NCBI GenBank assembly: GCA_963798915.1
Contig: CAWCVB010000015.1
Span: forward strand, 1 to 64,000
Direction: 5' to 3'
From: an uncultured Gemmatimonadales bacterium
GTDB lineage: Bacteria; Gemmatimonadota; Gemmatimonadetes; Gemmatimonadales; GWC2-71-9
Length of the DNA stretch: 64,000 nt
Made by a program: the position numbers and the translations under genes. The notes beneath the pieces were generated by a model. The model ran no database searches. It was not told the origin of the DNA and saw only the letters and a list, made by a program, of their open reading frames with translations. This document shows, piece after piece, positions 32,900 to 42,502 of this stretch (the stretch's first letter is position 1; every line of letters starts with the position of its first letter).

Positions 32900-33760
32900 T
32901 CAGGCCTCGGCCTCCGGCTGTGCCTTGTGGCGCTGCATGTGCCGCAACAGGCGCGCCGTGGTGTCGCGCAGCGATCCGCGCGGCACCACCTCATCCAGCT
33001 GGCCGTGCTCCAGCAGGAACTCGGCGGTCTGGAAGCCCTCCGGCAGGTCCTGGCCGATGGTCTGCTTGATGACCCGCTGGCCCGCGAAGCCGATGAGGGC
33101 ACCCGGCTCCGCCAGGATGACGTCGCCCTGCATCGCGAATGAGGCCGAAACGCCGCCGGTGGTCGGGTCGGTCAGAATCGTGATGAATGGCACTGATTCA
33201 CGGTACATGCCCGCAATCGCAGCTGAGGTCTTGGCCATCTGCATCAGCGACAAGGTGCCTTCCTGCATCCGGGCGCCGCCCGACGCACAGACCAGCACCA
33301 GGGGCAACTTCCGCTCGGCCGAGCGACGGGCAAGCCTCGCTACCTTCTCGCCCACCACCGAACCCATCGACCCGCCCATGAAGGCGAAATTCATCACGCC
33401 CAGATGATATGGAAGCTCTTCCAGCCGACCAATGCCGGCGTACAAGGCATCCGACGGGCCCGCCTTTTTCCAGGCCCGCTCCAGCCGCTCGGGATACTGT
33501 TCGAACTCCAGCGGGTCGGTCGAACGAAGATCCGGCCAGAGCTCGCGCCAGGTGCCTTCGTCCGTAAGGAGTGCCACGTACTCCTCGGCCGAAAAGCGCT
33601 TGTGCTGCCCGCACTCGGGGCAGACGTTGAGCGCCTTCTCGAACTTCTCGCGAATGTCGATATGACCGCAGCCCTCACACTTTTCCCAGGCGTCGGCAGG
33701 AATCTCGAGCCGTTCGCGCTGGGACGAGCGCGGTTTCCGTTCTTTCTTGAACCAGGCCAT
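32900..33760 (-). CDS. accD: Acetyl-CoA carboxylase carboxyltransferase beta subunit
   Basis: WEKCEGC...CPECG Zn finger, FMGGSMGSVVGE, SGGARMQEG. Confidence 0.95.
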   Translation of the reverse strand: MAWFKKERKPRSSQRERLEIPADAWEKCEGCGHIDIREKFEKALNVCPECGQHKRFSAEEYVALLTDEGTWRELWPDLRSTDPLEFEQYPERLERAWKKAGPSDALYAGIGRLEELPYHLGVMNFAFMGGSMGSVVGEKVARLARRSAERKLPLVLVCASGGARMQEGTLSLMQMAKTSAAIAGMYRESVPFITILTDPTTGGVSASFAMQGDVILAEPGALIGFAGQRVIKQTIGQDLPEGFQTAEFLLEHGQLDEVVPRGSLRDTTARLLRHMQRHKAQPEAEA

Positions 33761-33874
33761 TACTGCCATAGGATTCGGGCCGCCGCGGTTGCAGACTTTT
33801 TGACGGGCGTGCGTCAACCCATCAATGTCGCGCGTCGAGGGCTCCGGCGCCAGACCTCGAATCGTAACCTATTG

Positions 33875-35116
33875 TCAGCTATCGAGATAACCAGCGAGCC
33901 GGGCGTCCCAGGATGCCCGCAGCGCCAGCCCCAGGCAGACGCAGCAGATGAGGAAGAACGACCCGCCGTAGGAGAAGAACGGCAGCGGGATGCCGGTGAC
34001 CGGCATCAGGTTCACGGTCATGCCCACGTTTTCGAAGACGTGGGTAAACCAGAGGCCGAGAATGCCGAAGACCACCAGGCTGCTGAACGGATCGGCCGCT
34101 CGCCGAGCAACCCGGATGAGCGAGGTGAAGAGCAAGATGAACAGGCCGAGGGCCACCAGTACCCCCACGAAGCCCAGCTCCTCACCGACCACCGAGAAGA
34201 CAAAGTCGGTGTGCTGCTCGGGCAGGAAGGCCAGGCGCTTCTGCGGACCCTGGGTCAGTCCGGAACCAAACCAGCCGCCGGACCCGATAGCTGTCTTGGA
34301 CTGGAGCAGGTGGTAACCGGCACCCCTCGGATCCGCTTCCGGATTGAGGAACGACAGCAGGCGGTTCTGCTGGTAGAACGCGAGCTTGTTCCAGAGCACG
34401 AGCGCGGCAACGCCGGTCATCACGTTGAGCCCCACGACCGTCACGGATTCCCAGACATATGGCCGCCAGGCGATCATCAGCACCACCACCAGCATGATCC
34501 AGATGCCCCAGCTCCAGGTCGTCACGGCCAGGAGCAGGCTCAACGCCGGGCTCGCCACCATGAACAGCAGGCGCGGGCGGACCCCGGCCCAGTACAGCAT
34601 GGCGAAGAAGATGCCGATGAACACCACGGCACTGCCCAGGTCGGGTTGTTTCATGACCAGGAGAAAAGGCAGCCCGACGATCAGTGAGGGCTTCCACAGG
34701 CTTCGGAGGGAGCGGGGCGCTTCCTTGAGCGACGACAGGTGTCGTGCCAGCATCAGCACGGTGGCCAGCTTGGCGAGTTCGGCGGGTTGGCCGATACGAT
34801 GGCCTCCAACTGCGAGCCAGCTCTTGGTGCCGGCCGCCGTTCCTGCCCCGGTGCCGACAACGAGCACGGCGATCAGGAGCATGAGGCCAAAGACGTAGAT
34901 GGCCGGCGTCAACCATTCGATCAGTCGGAACGACGTGCGGAAAACCACGAATCCGGCAACTGCGCCGACGCCCACCCACATGAGCTGGCGGGTCCACACC
35001 CCTTCCGCAGACGTCGTCACGTCGGTCTGGCCGGCGGAGTAGAGGATGACCACACCGTAGATGATGAGCCCCAGCGCCGCCATTGCCAGGGTCCGGTCAA
35101 TGCGGGCCATGCTCAA
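33875..35116 (-). CDS. rodA: Rod shape-determining protein RodA
   Basis: QPAELAK, QPDLG, LPEQHTDF, SYGGS; follows PBP2. Confidence 0.94.
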   Translation of the reverse strand: MSMARIDRTLAMAALGLIIYGVVILYSAGQTDVTTSAEGVWTRQLMWVGVGAVAGFVVFRTSFRLIEWLTPAIYVFGLMLLIAVLVVGTGAGTAAGTKSWLAVGGHRIGQPAELAKLATVLMLARHLSSLKEAPRSLRSLWKPSLIVGLPFLLVMKQPDLGSAVVFIGIFFAMLYWAGVRPRLLFMVASPALSLLLAVTTWSWGIWIMLVVVLMIAWRPYVWESVTVVGLNVMTGVAALVLWNKLAFYQQNRLLSFLNPEADPRGAGYHLLQSKTAIGSGGWFGSGLTQGPQKRLAFLPEQHTDFVFSVVGEELGFVGVLVALGLFILLFTSLIRVARRAADPFSSLVVFGILGLWFTHVFENVGMTVNLMPVTGIPLPFFSYGGSFFLICCVCLGLALRASWDARLAGYLDS

Positions 35117-37008
35117 TGGGGCGGCTCCAGCGGCACGGTGTCGGGAGAGGTCGTAGTCGGCGCCACGACCCGCCGCCCGCCGCTGTCGTTGATCTCAACC
35201 GGCAGGGGCGCGCTGTCGCGGATGAAAGCCGATGGTGGCGGCGTGTTCTCCTGCGCCTTCGTCGTGTCCGGGCCAAGCACGTAGCGGGCCAGCACCTTGC
35301 TGACGTAGGGCCCGACCACGGAACCATGTTCGGCGGCCTCCATGATGCCCCCGACCACAATCACCGGCTTGTCGGCCGGCGCAAAACCGATGAACCACCC
35401 ATGGTCCTTCCCGTGGGAATTCTGGGCCGTGCCGGTCTTGCCTGCGATGAGCAGGCCCGCCTGACGAGAGCGGGCGCCCGTCCCCTGCTCGAGCACCGCG
35501 ATGAGCGCGCGTCGCAACGCGTCGAGTTGCTCGGGTGTGAGGCCAAGCTTCAGCTCGGCTTCCCCGGGCCGGGGCCGGACCACGAACGGCGGCACCTCGG
35601 TCCCGTCGCCGGCGAGCGCCTGGTAGAACTGGACCATGTTGATCAGCGTCTGGGTGTTCTCACCCTGGCCGATCGAGAAGTTGAGCACCGTCGCCGGCGG
35701 GCTCCAGTTGCGCGGACCGTAGTGCTTGTCGAAATATTCATAGCTGGCGGGATAGAGCGATGCCTGCTCGCTCGGAAGATCCACGCCGGTTCGGCCGCCG
35801 AAGCCCATGGCGACGCCGTCGCTCAGCAAGTTGTCCAGGCCGAGCTTGAGGCCAAGCTGGTAGAAATAGACGTCGCAGCTCTGGGCCACCGCGCCGATCA
35901 GGTCCAGGCTCCCGTGACCGTCACGCTTCCAGCATCGGAAGATGCGATTCCCGAGACGATAGCCGCCGGTACATGGCTGCGGCATGTGCGAGTGCAGGTC
36001 AATGAGCCCCCTCTTCAGGGCCATGGCCGCGGTCGCCAGCTTGAACGGAGACGCTGGCGGATACCCGCCATTGATGGCCCGATTGAGCAGCGGCTTATCG
36101 GTATTTTCGTTGAGGGCCCGCCAGTCCGAGGTCGATATGCCGCCCACAAACAGGTTGGGATCGTAGGATGGCGCCGAATACAGCGCCCTGATTTCCCCCT
36201 TGGGCGTCATGGCGATCATCGCACCGCGAAACTCCGCCGGCCAGATGCTGTCAATGAAACGCTGCAGCGGCAGGTCAATGGTGGTGACGAGCGGGTTGCC
36301 GGGCTCGGGCGGCAGGAGCGCGGAGCCGACATTCTCTCGCACCAGCCTTCCCCGGGCATTCACTTCGACGTAGCGCACCCCTGCCCTGCCACGCAGGACC
36401 GAGTCGTACTGCCGCTCCAGTCCCGACTTGCCGACAATGGATCCAGCCTCCGCGCCCGGATATCTGTCGTTGTCCAGGTCGCGCTCCGTGACTTCCCCCA
36501 CATACCCGACCAGGTGCGCTACGGCCTTGCCGTAGGGATAGAAGCGCTTCGGCTCCGACTGGATGATCAACCCGGGCAGCAGTGCACGGCGCTCTTCGAG
36601 TCGGGATACCGTCTCGAAGGTCGCATCCCCAAAGACCACGACTGGCTGGTAGCGCGCCACCCGCCAGCGCCGCTCGATATCGATCATGGTGCTGCTGTCG
36701 AGCGGTACCACGCCGGCAAACCGTTCCAGCACCGCGGCGAGGCTGTCGCGCGATGTCGCGAACAGCTTGACCGCAAATCCCGGAAGGTTTTCGGCGATAG
36801 TCTGCCCGTTCCGATCGAGAATGGCGCCCCGTGGCGGCTCCAGCGGGATGGCCCGAAGCCGGTTGGTCTCTGCCCGCAACTGGTACTTGTCGTGCTGGAG
36901 GATTTGCGTCCGGAAGAAGGCACCGATCAGCAGGGCAAAAGCCAGCGAGAGTACCCAGCGCGCGCCGGAAGCCCGCCGCCGTACCTGGTAGGAGTCAAAA
37001 CCGTTCAT
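35113..37008 (-). CDS. mrdA: Penicillin-binding protein 2
   Basis: PRGAILDRNG, PPASPFK (SxxK), SCD, KTGTAQ; in mre operon. Confidence 0.93.
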   Translation of the reverse strand: MNGFDSYQVRRRASGARWVLSLAFALLIGAFFRTQILQHDKYQLRAETNRLRAIPLEPPRGAILDRNGQTIAENLPGFAVKLFATSRDSLAAVLERFAGVVPLDSSTMIDIERRWRVARYQPVVVFGDATFETVSRLEERRALLPGLIIQSEPKRFYPYGKAVAHLVGYVGEVTERDLDNDRYPGAEAGSIVGKSGLERQYDSVLRGRAGVRYVEVNARGRLVRENVGSALLPPEPGNPLVTTIDLPLQRFIDSIWPAEFRGAMIAMTPKGEIRALYSAPSYDPNLFVGGISTSDWRALNENTDKPLLNRAINGGYPPASPFKLATAAMALKRGLIDLHSHMPQPCTGGYRLGNRIFRCWKRDGHGSLDLIGAVAQSCDVYFYQLGLKLGLDNLLSDGVAMGFGGRTGVDLPSEQASLYPASYEYFDKHYGPRNWSPPATVLNFSIGQGENTQTLINMVQFYQALAGDGTEVPPFVVRPRPGEAELKLGLTPEQLDALRRALIAVLEQGTGARSRQAGLLIAGKTGTAQNSHGKDHGWFIGFAPADKPVIVVGGIMEAAEHGSVVGPYVSKVLARYVLGPDTTKAQENTPPPSAFIRDSAPLPVEINDSGGRRVVAPTTTSPDTVPLEPPH

Positions 37009-37012
37009 GACG

Positions 37013-37510
37013 TCAGGCCTCCAGTCGGACGTCGAACCACTCTCGCGTGACAAAGACAACGGCCGTGCCGGCCACCGCGGTGGTCAACGCCTGCAGCAGC
37101 CCGCCTGAGATGGCGCCCGTCAGGAATTCGCCTGGTGACGATCCTGACAGCATGAGTACCAGCAGATTGCGAAGCCAGCAGCCCGCAAAGAACAGCCCGG
37201 CGTGCACCAGGTAATTCTCGGCAAAGAAGACGGCGCGCGCCCAGGAAGCGAGATAGCCGACGATCGTGTGCGCCAGCATGCCGGCACCCATCGCCGCGGG
37301 CGTCATGGCGTCCGCCAGCAGACCGGTCAGCAGCCCGGTGATGGCTCCGGCCGCCGGCCGGGAGGACGAGGCCAGCATGATCAGCAAGACCAGGAGGAAA
37401 TCAGGCGCGGCAGCAGCATTCCAGAACCGGGGGCGCACAAAATATTGCAGCAGCAGCAGCACGGTGGCGAGCACTACGATGGCGAACCGGTTGGCGCGGT
37501 TGAATGTCAT
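37013..37510 (-). CDS. mreD: Rod shape-determining protein MreD
   Basis: Hydrophobic, PDFLL motif, between mreC and mrdA. Confidence 0.85.
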   Translation of the reverse strand: MTFNRANRFAIVVLATVLLLLQYFVRPRFWNAAAAPDFLLVLLIMLASSSRPAAGAITGLLTGLLADAMTPAAMGAGMLAHTIVGYLASWARAVFFAENYLVHAGLFFAGCWLRNLLVLMLSGSSPGEFLTGAISGGLLQALTTAVAGTAVVFVTREWFDVRLEA

Positions 37511-38505
37511 TGCGGCACCGCCGCGGTGGTGCCCGATCCCGCAGGCGCAGCGGCGCGGGCCAGCGAGTCGCGCAGCCACGCCCGCACCGAGTCTCCGACT
37601 CGGATGCGCAGCAGCGAGTCGCGCTGTTCGGCCTGGCGGAGCGAATCGGCTCGGAGAGCCGCAAGGATGGAATCGCCCGGGAAGGCCGGCGTCATGTCAC
37701 TGTCGACGGTGGACGTGAGAATCATGACGTGGGCCACCGCGCTGGGGTTGGCCGATGGTCGGAGCGAATAGATTCGCTCCCAGCCCAGCTGCTCGCGCGC
37801 AACACCGGTGACAGCCCCCACAGGAATGCCCCGGGGATAAACGCCACCTAGCCCGGACGAGAAAATGAGCGTCCCAGCCGGCAGGGTGTCGCGGTAGCTC
37901 GCTGCCCGGAATTCGAGGGAGGCCTCGCTGGCGCTGCCGGCGCTTGAAGGTGCCACCATTCCGGCGACTCGCCCGCCTTCGGCATAGGCGCTGACCCGGA
38001 AATCCGGATGCGCCCAGGTCATGACGCTCGCTGTCGCCGGTGTGGTGCCCGCCACCACCCCGACCAGGCCCTCCGGCGAGACCACCGGCTGGAAGGGACT
38101 GATCCCCGAGGCCGACCCGGCGTTGAGCAGCAGCATCCGCCCGTCGCTGGCCGTGGACTGGTGCAACACTTCCGCCGCTATGTACCGAGTCTGAAGCCGA
38201 CGGGACAGACCCAGCAGTTCCCGGAGGCGCCCATTCTCGGCCCTGAGGACGGGCATCGCCTGTGCCGCGAGCGCGACCGAGTCCCGCTGCGCCGCGACGG
38301 CCCGAAAGCGGCTGCGGCTGGTACGACCCATCTCAGCCTGCGATTGCAGCCACACGAGGGGTGAGAACAGGGACTGGCGCAGTCCGCCGCTGACAACCTG
38401 GCCCGCATGATCGGAGAGAAAGAGGAACACGAGCGAAATCATGACGCACCCGGCAAGCGCCATGGTGTCACGTCGGGAATACGAGCGGTCCGACGCGGTC
38501 AGCAT
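37507..38505 (-). CDS. mreC: Rod shape-determining protein MreC
   Basis: ENGRLRELL, GLVG, SSGLGGVYPRGIPVG. Confidence 0.9.
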   Translation of the reverse strand: MLTASDRSYSRRDTMALAGCVMISLVFLFLSDHAGQVVSGGLRQSLFSPLVWLQSQAEMGRTSRSRFRAVAAQRDSVALAAQAMPVLRAENGRLRELLGLSRRLQTRYIAAEVLHQSTASDGRMLLLNAGSASGISPFQPVVSPEGLVGVVAGTTPATASVMTWAHPDFRVSAYAEGGRVAGMVAPSSAGSASEASLEFRAASYRDTLPAGTLIFSSGLGGVYPRGIPVGAVTGVAREQLGWERIYSLRPSANPSAVAHVMILTSTVDSDMTPAFPGDSILAALRADSLRQAEQRDSLLRIRVGDSVRAWLRDSLARAAAPAGSGTTAAVPQ

Positions 38506-38508
38506 TCG

Positions 38509-39546
38509 CTAGACCTGCAGAACGCTCTTGTACTTGTCGTGCTCGTCGAGGATGCGGCCGGTGCCGCGAACCACGCAGGTCAGCGGATCCTCGTCCACGT
38601 GGATAGGCAGACCGGTTTCCTGTGCCAGCAGGATATCGAGCCCGCGGATCAGCGCGCCGCCCCCCGTCATGACGATCCCGCGGTCCACGATGTCGCTCGC
38701 CAGTTCCGGAGGCGTGATCTCGAGTGCCCGCCGCACGGCATCGACGATCTGCTGCACCGGCTCCTGCACCGCTTCCCTGATCTCGGCGGAGTGCACTCGC
38801 ACGGTCTTGGGAATGCCCGAGACCAGATCGCGCCCCTTGACTTCCATCTCGCGCTCGTCGCCTGTCGGGGCCGCCGATCCGATTCGGATCTTGATCTGCT
38901 CGGCGGTGGGCTCGCCCACCAGCAGATTGTAGTTCTTGCGCATGAACTGGACGATGGCCTGGTCCAGCTCATCGCCGCCGACCCGGATGCTCGTATCGGA
39001 AACAATGCCGGAGAGCGCGATGACGGCGATTTCGGTGGTGCCGCCGCCGATGTCGATCACCATGTTGCCAGTCGGTGTTTCGACCGGGAGCCCCACGCCA
39101 ATGGCCGCGGCCATGGGCTCGGCCACCATGTAGACCTGCTTTGCCCCGGCGGTCTCCGCCGAGTCACGAACGGCGCGACGCTCGACTTCAGTAATGCCGG
39201 ATGGCACGCAGACAATGACCTTCGGCTTTACCCGGAAGAAGTGCTTGTCGATGATCAGCTTGAGAAAATGCCGCAGCATCTTTTCCGTGACGTCGAAGTC
39301 CGCGATAACGCCGTCCTTGAGCGGACGCACCGCGATGATCCCTTCCGGGGTGCGGCCCAGCATCCGCTTGGCTTCCAGTCCGATACCCCGGATCCGGCCG
39401 GTGGCCTTGTCGATGGCCACGACCGATGGCTCGTTCAGGACGATTCCCTCGCCCTTCACGTAGACCAGGGTATTGGCCGTGCCAAGGTCGACCGCGATTT
39501 CGTTGGCGGGCAGCAGCGAGGACAACTTGAGAGAGCCCAATTTCAT
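38509..39546 (-). CDS. mreB: MreB actin homolog
   Basis: [26 protein letters not shown]. Confidence 0.97.
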   Translation of the reverse strand: MKLGSLKLSSLLPANEIAVDLGTANTLVYVKGEGIVLNEPSVVAIDKATGRIRGIGLEAKRMLGRTPEGIIAVRPLKDGVIADFDVTEKMLRHFLKLIIDKHFFRVKPKVIVCVPSGITEVERRAVRDSAETAGAKQVYMVAEPMAAAIGVGLPVETPTGNMVIDIGGGTTEIAVIALSGIVSDTSIRVGGDELDQAIVQFMRKNYNLLVGEPTAEQIKIRIGSAAPTGDEREMEVKGRDLVSGIPKTVRVHSAEIREAVQEPVQQIVDAVRRALEITPPELASDIVDRGIVMTGGGALIRGLDILLAQETGLPIHVDEDPLTCVVRGTGRILDEHDKYKSVLQV

Positions 39547-39629
39547 CAAGGAAGCGCCGGGTCAGAGGCCGGGAGGGTGCCGAACCGACCAAAGCTAAAG
39601 GACCGGAGAAGGGTGAACAAGCGGATGGC

Positions 39630-40079
39630 CTAGCGGGGACCGAGACCGGTACTGCCAAATCCGCCCGCGCCTCGGGCCGAATCCCCGAGCGACTCCCGTT
39701 CGGCGAGTTCCACATGGGCGACCGGCGCGACGACCAGCTGGGCAATCCGCATCCCCCGTTCAATGCGGAACGGCTCGGTCCCGAGGTTGACCAGCGCGAC
39801 CTTGAGCTCGCCGCGGTAGTCGCTATCGATGGTCGCCGGACTGTTTGGCAGGGTAATGCCATGGCGATAGGCCAGGCCGGACCGCGGCCGGATCTGGGCC
39901 TCGAAGCCCTCCGGCAGCGCGATGGCAAAACCGGTCGGAAACAGCCGCCGCTCCAGTGGGGCCAGCGTGGCATCTTCCGCGCTGGCCAGATCCAGGCCGG
40001 CCGCCCCCGCCGTCGCGTATGACGGCAGGGGCATTCCCGATCCATGCGGGAGCCGCTGGATGTCCACCGCTACCGGCAT
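39630..40079 (-). CDS. dut: dUTP diphosphatase
   Basis: [30 protein letters not shown]. Confidence 0.96.
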   Translation of the reverse strand: MPVAVDIQRLPHGSGMPLPSYATAGAAGLDLASAEDATLAPLERRLFPTGFAIALPEGFEAQIRPRSGLAYRHGITLPNSPATIDSDYRGELKVALVNLGTEPFRIERGMRIAQLVVAPVAHVELAERESLGDSARGAGGFGSTGLGPR

Positions 40080-41195
40080 TCAGTTGAGCACCGAGGCCGA
40101 GTCGGTCAGTTCCAGCCCGAAGGCCTCGGCCACGCCCGGATAGACCACCTTGCCGCGAACCACGTTGAGTCCCAGCCGCAGCGCATTATCGTCCCGGCAC
40201 GCCTTCTGCCAACCGTCACGCGCCAGCCTGAGCGCGTATGGCAGGGTGGCGTTGGTGAGCGCCAGTGTGGAGGTGCGGGGGACCCCGCCGGGCATGTTGG
40301 CCACGGCGTAGTGGAGGATGCCATCGACGAAGTAGGTCGGTTGTTCGTGCGTCGTGGGCTTGATCGTCTCCACGCACCCGCCCTGATCCACTGCCACGTC
40401 CACGATCACGGAACCGGGCTTCATCAGCTTGAGGTCGGCTCGCGTCACGAGACGGGGTGCCTTGGCACCAGGCAGCAGCACCGCCCCGACGACCAGGTCC
40501 GCCCGGCGCAGGCAATCCACGATGTTGTGCCGGTTGGAGTAGAGGGTGTCCACGTTGGCCGGCAGGACGTCGGCCAGGTACCGGAGCCGGTGGAGCGACA
40601 GGTCAAGAATGGTGACATGGGCGCCGAGTCCCGCCGCCATCTTGGCCGAGTTGATCCCGACCACGCCACCCCCGATCACCACGACCTCGGCCGGCGCCAC
40701 ACCGGGCACGCCGCCCAGGAGCACGCCACTGCCACCGGAATGCTTCTCGAGGTACTTGGCCCCCTCCTGCACCGCCATGCGGCCGGCAACTTCCGACATC
40801 GGCGTGAGCAGCGGCAGCTCGCCCGACGGCAGCTCCACGGTCTCGTAGGCGAGCCCGATAGCGCCCGATTCCATGACGGCGCGGGTCAGCTCTTCGGAGG
40901 CGGCGAAATGGAAGTAGGTATAGATCAATTGATCCCGCCGCATCCGCGGCCATTCCACCGCAATCGGCTCCTTCACTTTCATGATCATGTCGGCCTGCTT
41001 CCAGACCGCATCGGCGTCAGGCAAGATGGTCGCCCCGACCTCCGCATAGGCATCGTCCGGGAAGCCACTGCCGTCGCCAGCGCCGGCCTCCACCATGACC
41101 TGGTGGCCACCGGCCACGAGGGCCAGCGCGCCGGCTGGCACGAGGGCGATCCGGTTCTCGTTTGTCTTGATTTCCTTCGGGACGCCGATGATCAT
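40080..41195 (-). CDS. ald: Alanine dehydrogenase
   Basis: GVPKEIK, PMSEVAGR, DQGGC, VANMPG. Confidence 0.96.
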   Translation of the reverse strand: MIIGVPKEIKTNENRIALVPAGALALVAGGHQVMVEAGAGDGSGFPDDAYAEVGATILPDADAVWKQADMIMKVKEPIAVEWPRMRRDQLIYTYFHFAASEELTRAVMESGAIGLAYETVELPSGELPLLTPMSEVAGRMAVQEGAKYLEKHSGGSGVLLGGVPGVAPAEVVVIGGGVVGINSAKMAAGLGAHVTILDLSLHRLRYLADVLPANVDTLYSNRHNIVDCLRRADLVVGAVLLPGAKAPRLVTRADLKLMKPGSVIVDVAVDQGGCVETIKPTTHEQPTYFVDGILHYAVANMPGGVPRTSTLALTNATLPYALRLARDGWQKACRDDNALRLGLNVVRGKVVYPGVAEAFGLELTDSASVLN

Positions 41196-41239
41196 CGCTT
41201 TTCCATGAAGAGTTGAAGGGAGCCGCGAGTTCCCAGCCG

Positions 41240-42496
41240 TCAGGCCGGTGGACCCAGGGACAGTACGGTTTGCCGGGTACTGGGAAAGAACTCGGCTGCC
41301 ACCGCAGCCGCGTCATCCGCGGTCACAGCGTCAACCAGACGGAGCACTTCATCCAACGGGCGGTAGCGCCCCTCCATCAGCTCGCCGGCCGCCAGCCGGC
41401 TCATCCGGCTGACGGGACTCTCGAGGGCCAGCATGATCTGCCCCTTGAGTTGCCGCTTGCCGTCATCGAGCTCGGCAGGCGTCAGGCTGTTGCGCGCCAG
41501 AGCATCCAACTCAGCTCGAATGGCCTCGATGGCTGCAGCGGCAGAGGCCGGCTGGGTCCCGACGTAGACACCCACCTGGCCGCCGCTCTGATAGAGCTGA
41601 TTGAAGGCGTACACCGTGTAGGCCAGCCCGAGTTCCTCGCGCACGCGCTGGAAGAGACGGCTGGACATGCCACCGCCCAGGGTATTGCAGAGGATGGCGA
41701 GGGCAAAGCGTCGCAGGTCGCGCCCCGCAAATGCGTCCGTGCCAAACACGATGTGGCACTGGGCCGTTTCCCGCTGTTCGCTGCGAACGAGGTTTGCCGC
41801 TGCCGGCGCCGGGGCGACCGCCGGCAGCGGTAGCCGGGGCTCTGCCTCGGTGAACCACCCCTCCTGCTCCAGGGTCGTCAGCAGGGCCGTGTGCTCCACC
41901 TGGCCCGCGGCGGCGATCACGCAGTTGCCCGGGTAATAGGCGGCGTCATGGAGCGATCGAAGATCGTCCGCCTGGAGCGCCGACACGGAGTCGCGAGAGC
42001 CGAGGATGGTGTAGCCGTAGGGGTGGCTGGGCCAGAGCGCGCCGGCATGCAGGTCAAAGACAATATCATCGGGCGTGTCTTCCACGCCGCTGATTTCCTC
42101 GATCACCACCCGGCGTTCCGCCACCAGGTCGGCTTCGCGCAGGAGGGGCCGGCGCACCAGATCGGTGAGCAGATCGACCGCCAGCGGAAGATCGTCGTCC
42201 AGGGCGTGGGCCTGGAAACTGGTATTGTCCCGGCCAGTATAGGCGTCGAGACTCCCCCCACGCACCTCCAGCTCGAGGGCGATCTGGCGCGCACTCCGCC
42301 GCTCGGTCCCTTTGAAGACCATGTGCTCCAGCAGGTGGGAAAGTCCCATCTTGCCACGGGGCTCATGGGCGCTGGCCGTCCGGACCCAGACACCCATGGC
42401 CACGGAGCGAAGCGCCGGCATCCGCTCCGAGAGGACGACCAGTCCATTCGGCGCGACGCTGCGATGGAGCCCCTCGTCGAGGCGAACGGTATGCAC
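41240..42496 (-). CDS. M16 family zinc peptidase
   Basis: HLLEH (HxxEH), SSRLFQRVREELGLAY. Confidence 0.92.
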   Translation of the reverse strand: MHTVRLDEGLHRSVAPNGLVVLSERMPALRSVAMGVWVRTASAHEPRGKMGLSHLLEHMVFKGTERRSARQIALELEVRGGSLDAYTGRDNTSFQAHALDDDLPLAVDLLTDLVRRPLLREADLVAERRVVIEEISGVEDTPDDIVFDLHAGALWPSHPYGYTILGSRDSVSALQADDLRSLHDAAYYPGNCVIAAAGQVEHTALLTTLEQEGWFTEAEPRLPLPAVAPAPAAANLVRSEQRETAQCHIVFGTDAFAGRDLRRFALAILCNTLGGGMSSRLFQRVREELGLAYTVYAFNQLYQSGGQVGVYVGTQPASAAAAIEAIRAELDALARNSLTPAELDDGKRQLKGQIMLALESPVSRMSRLAAGELMEGRYRPLDEVLRLVDAVTADDAAAVAAEFFPSTRQTVLSLGPPA

Positions 42497-42502
42497 GCGG
42501 GG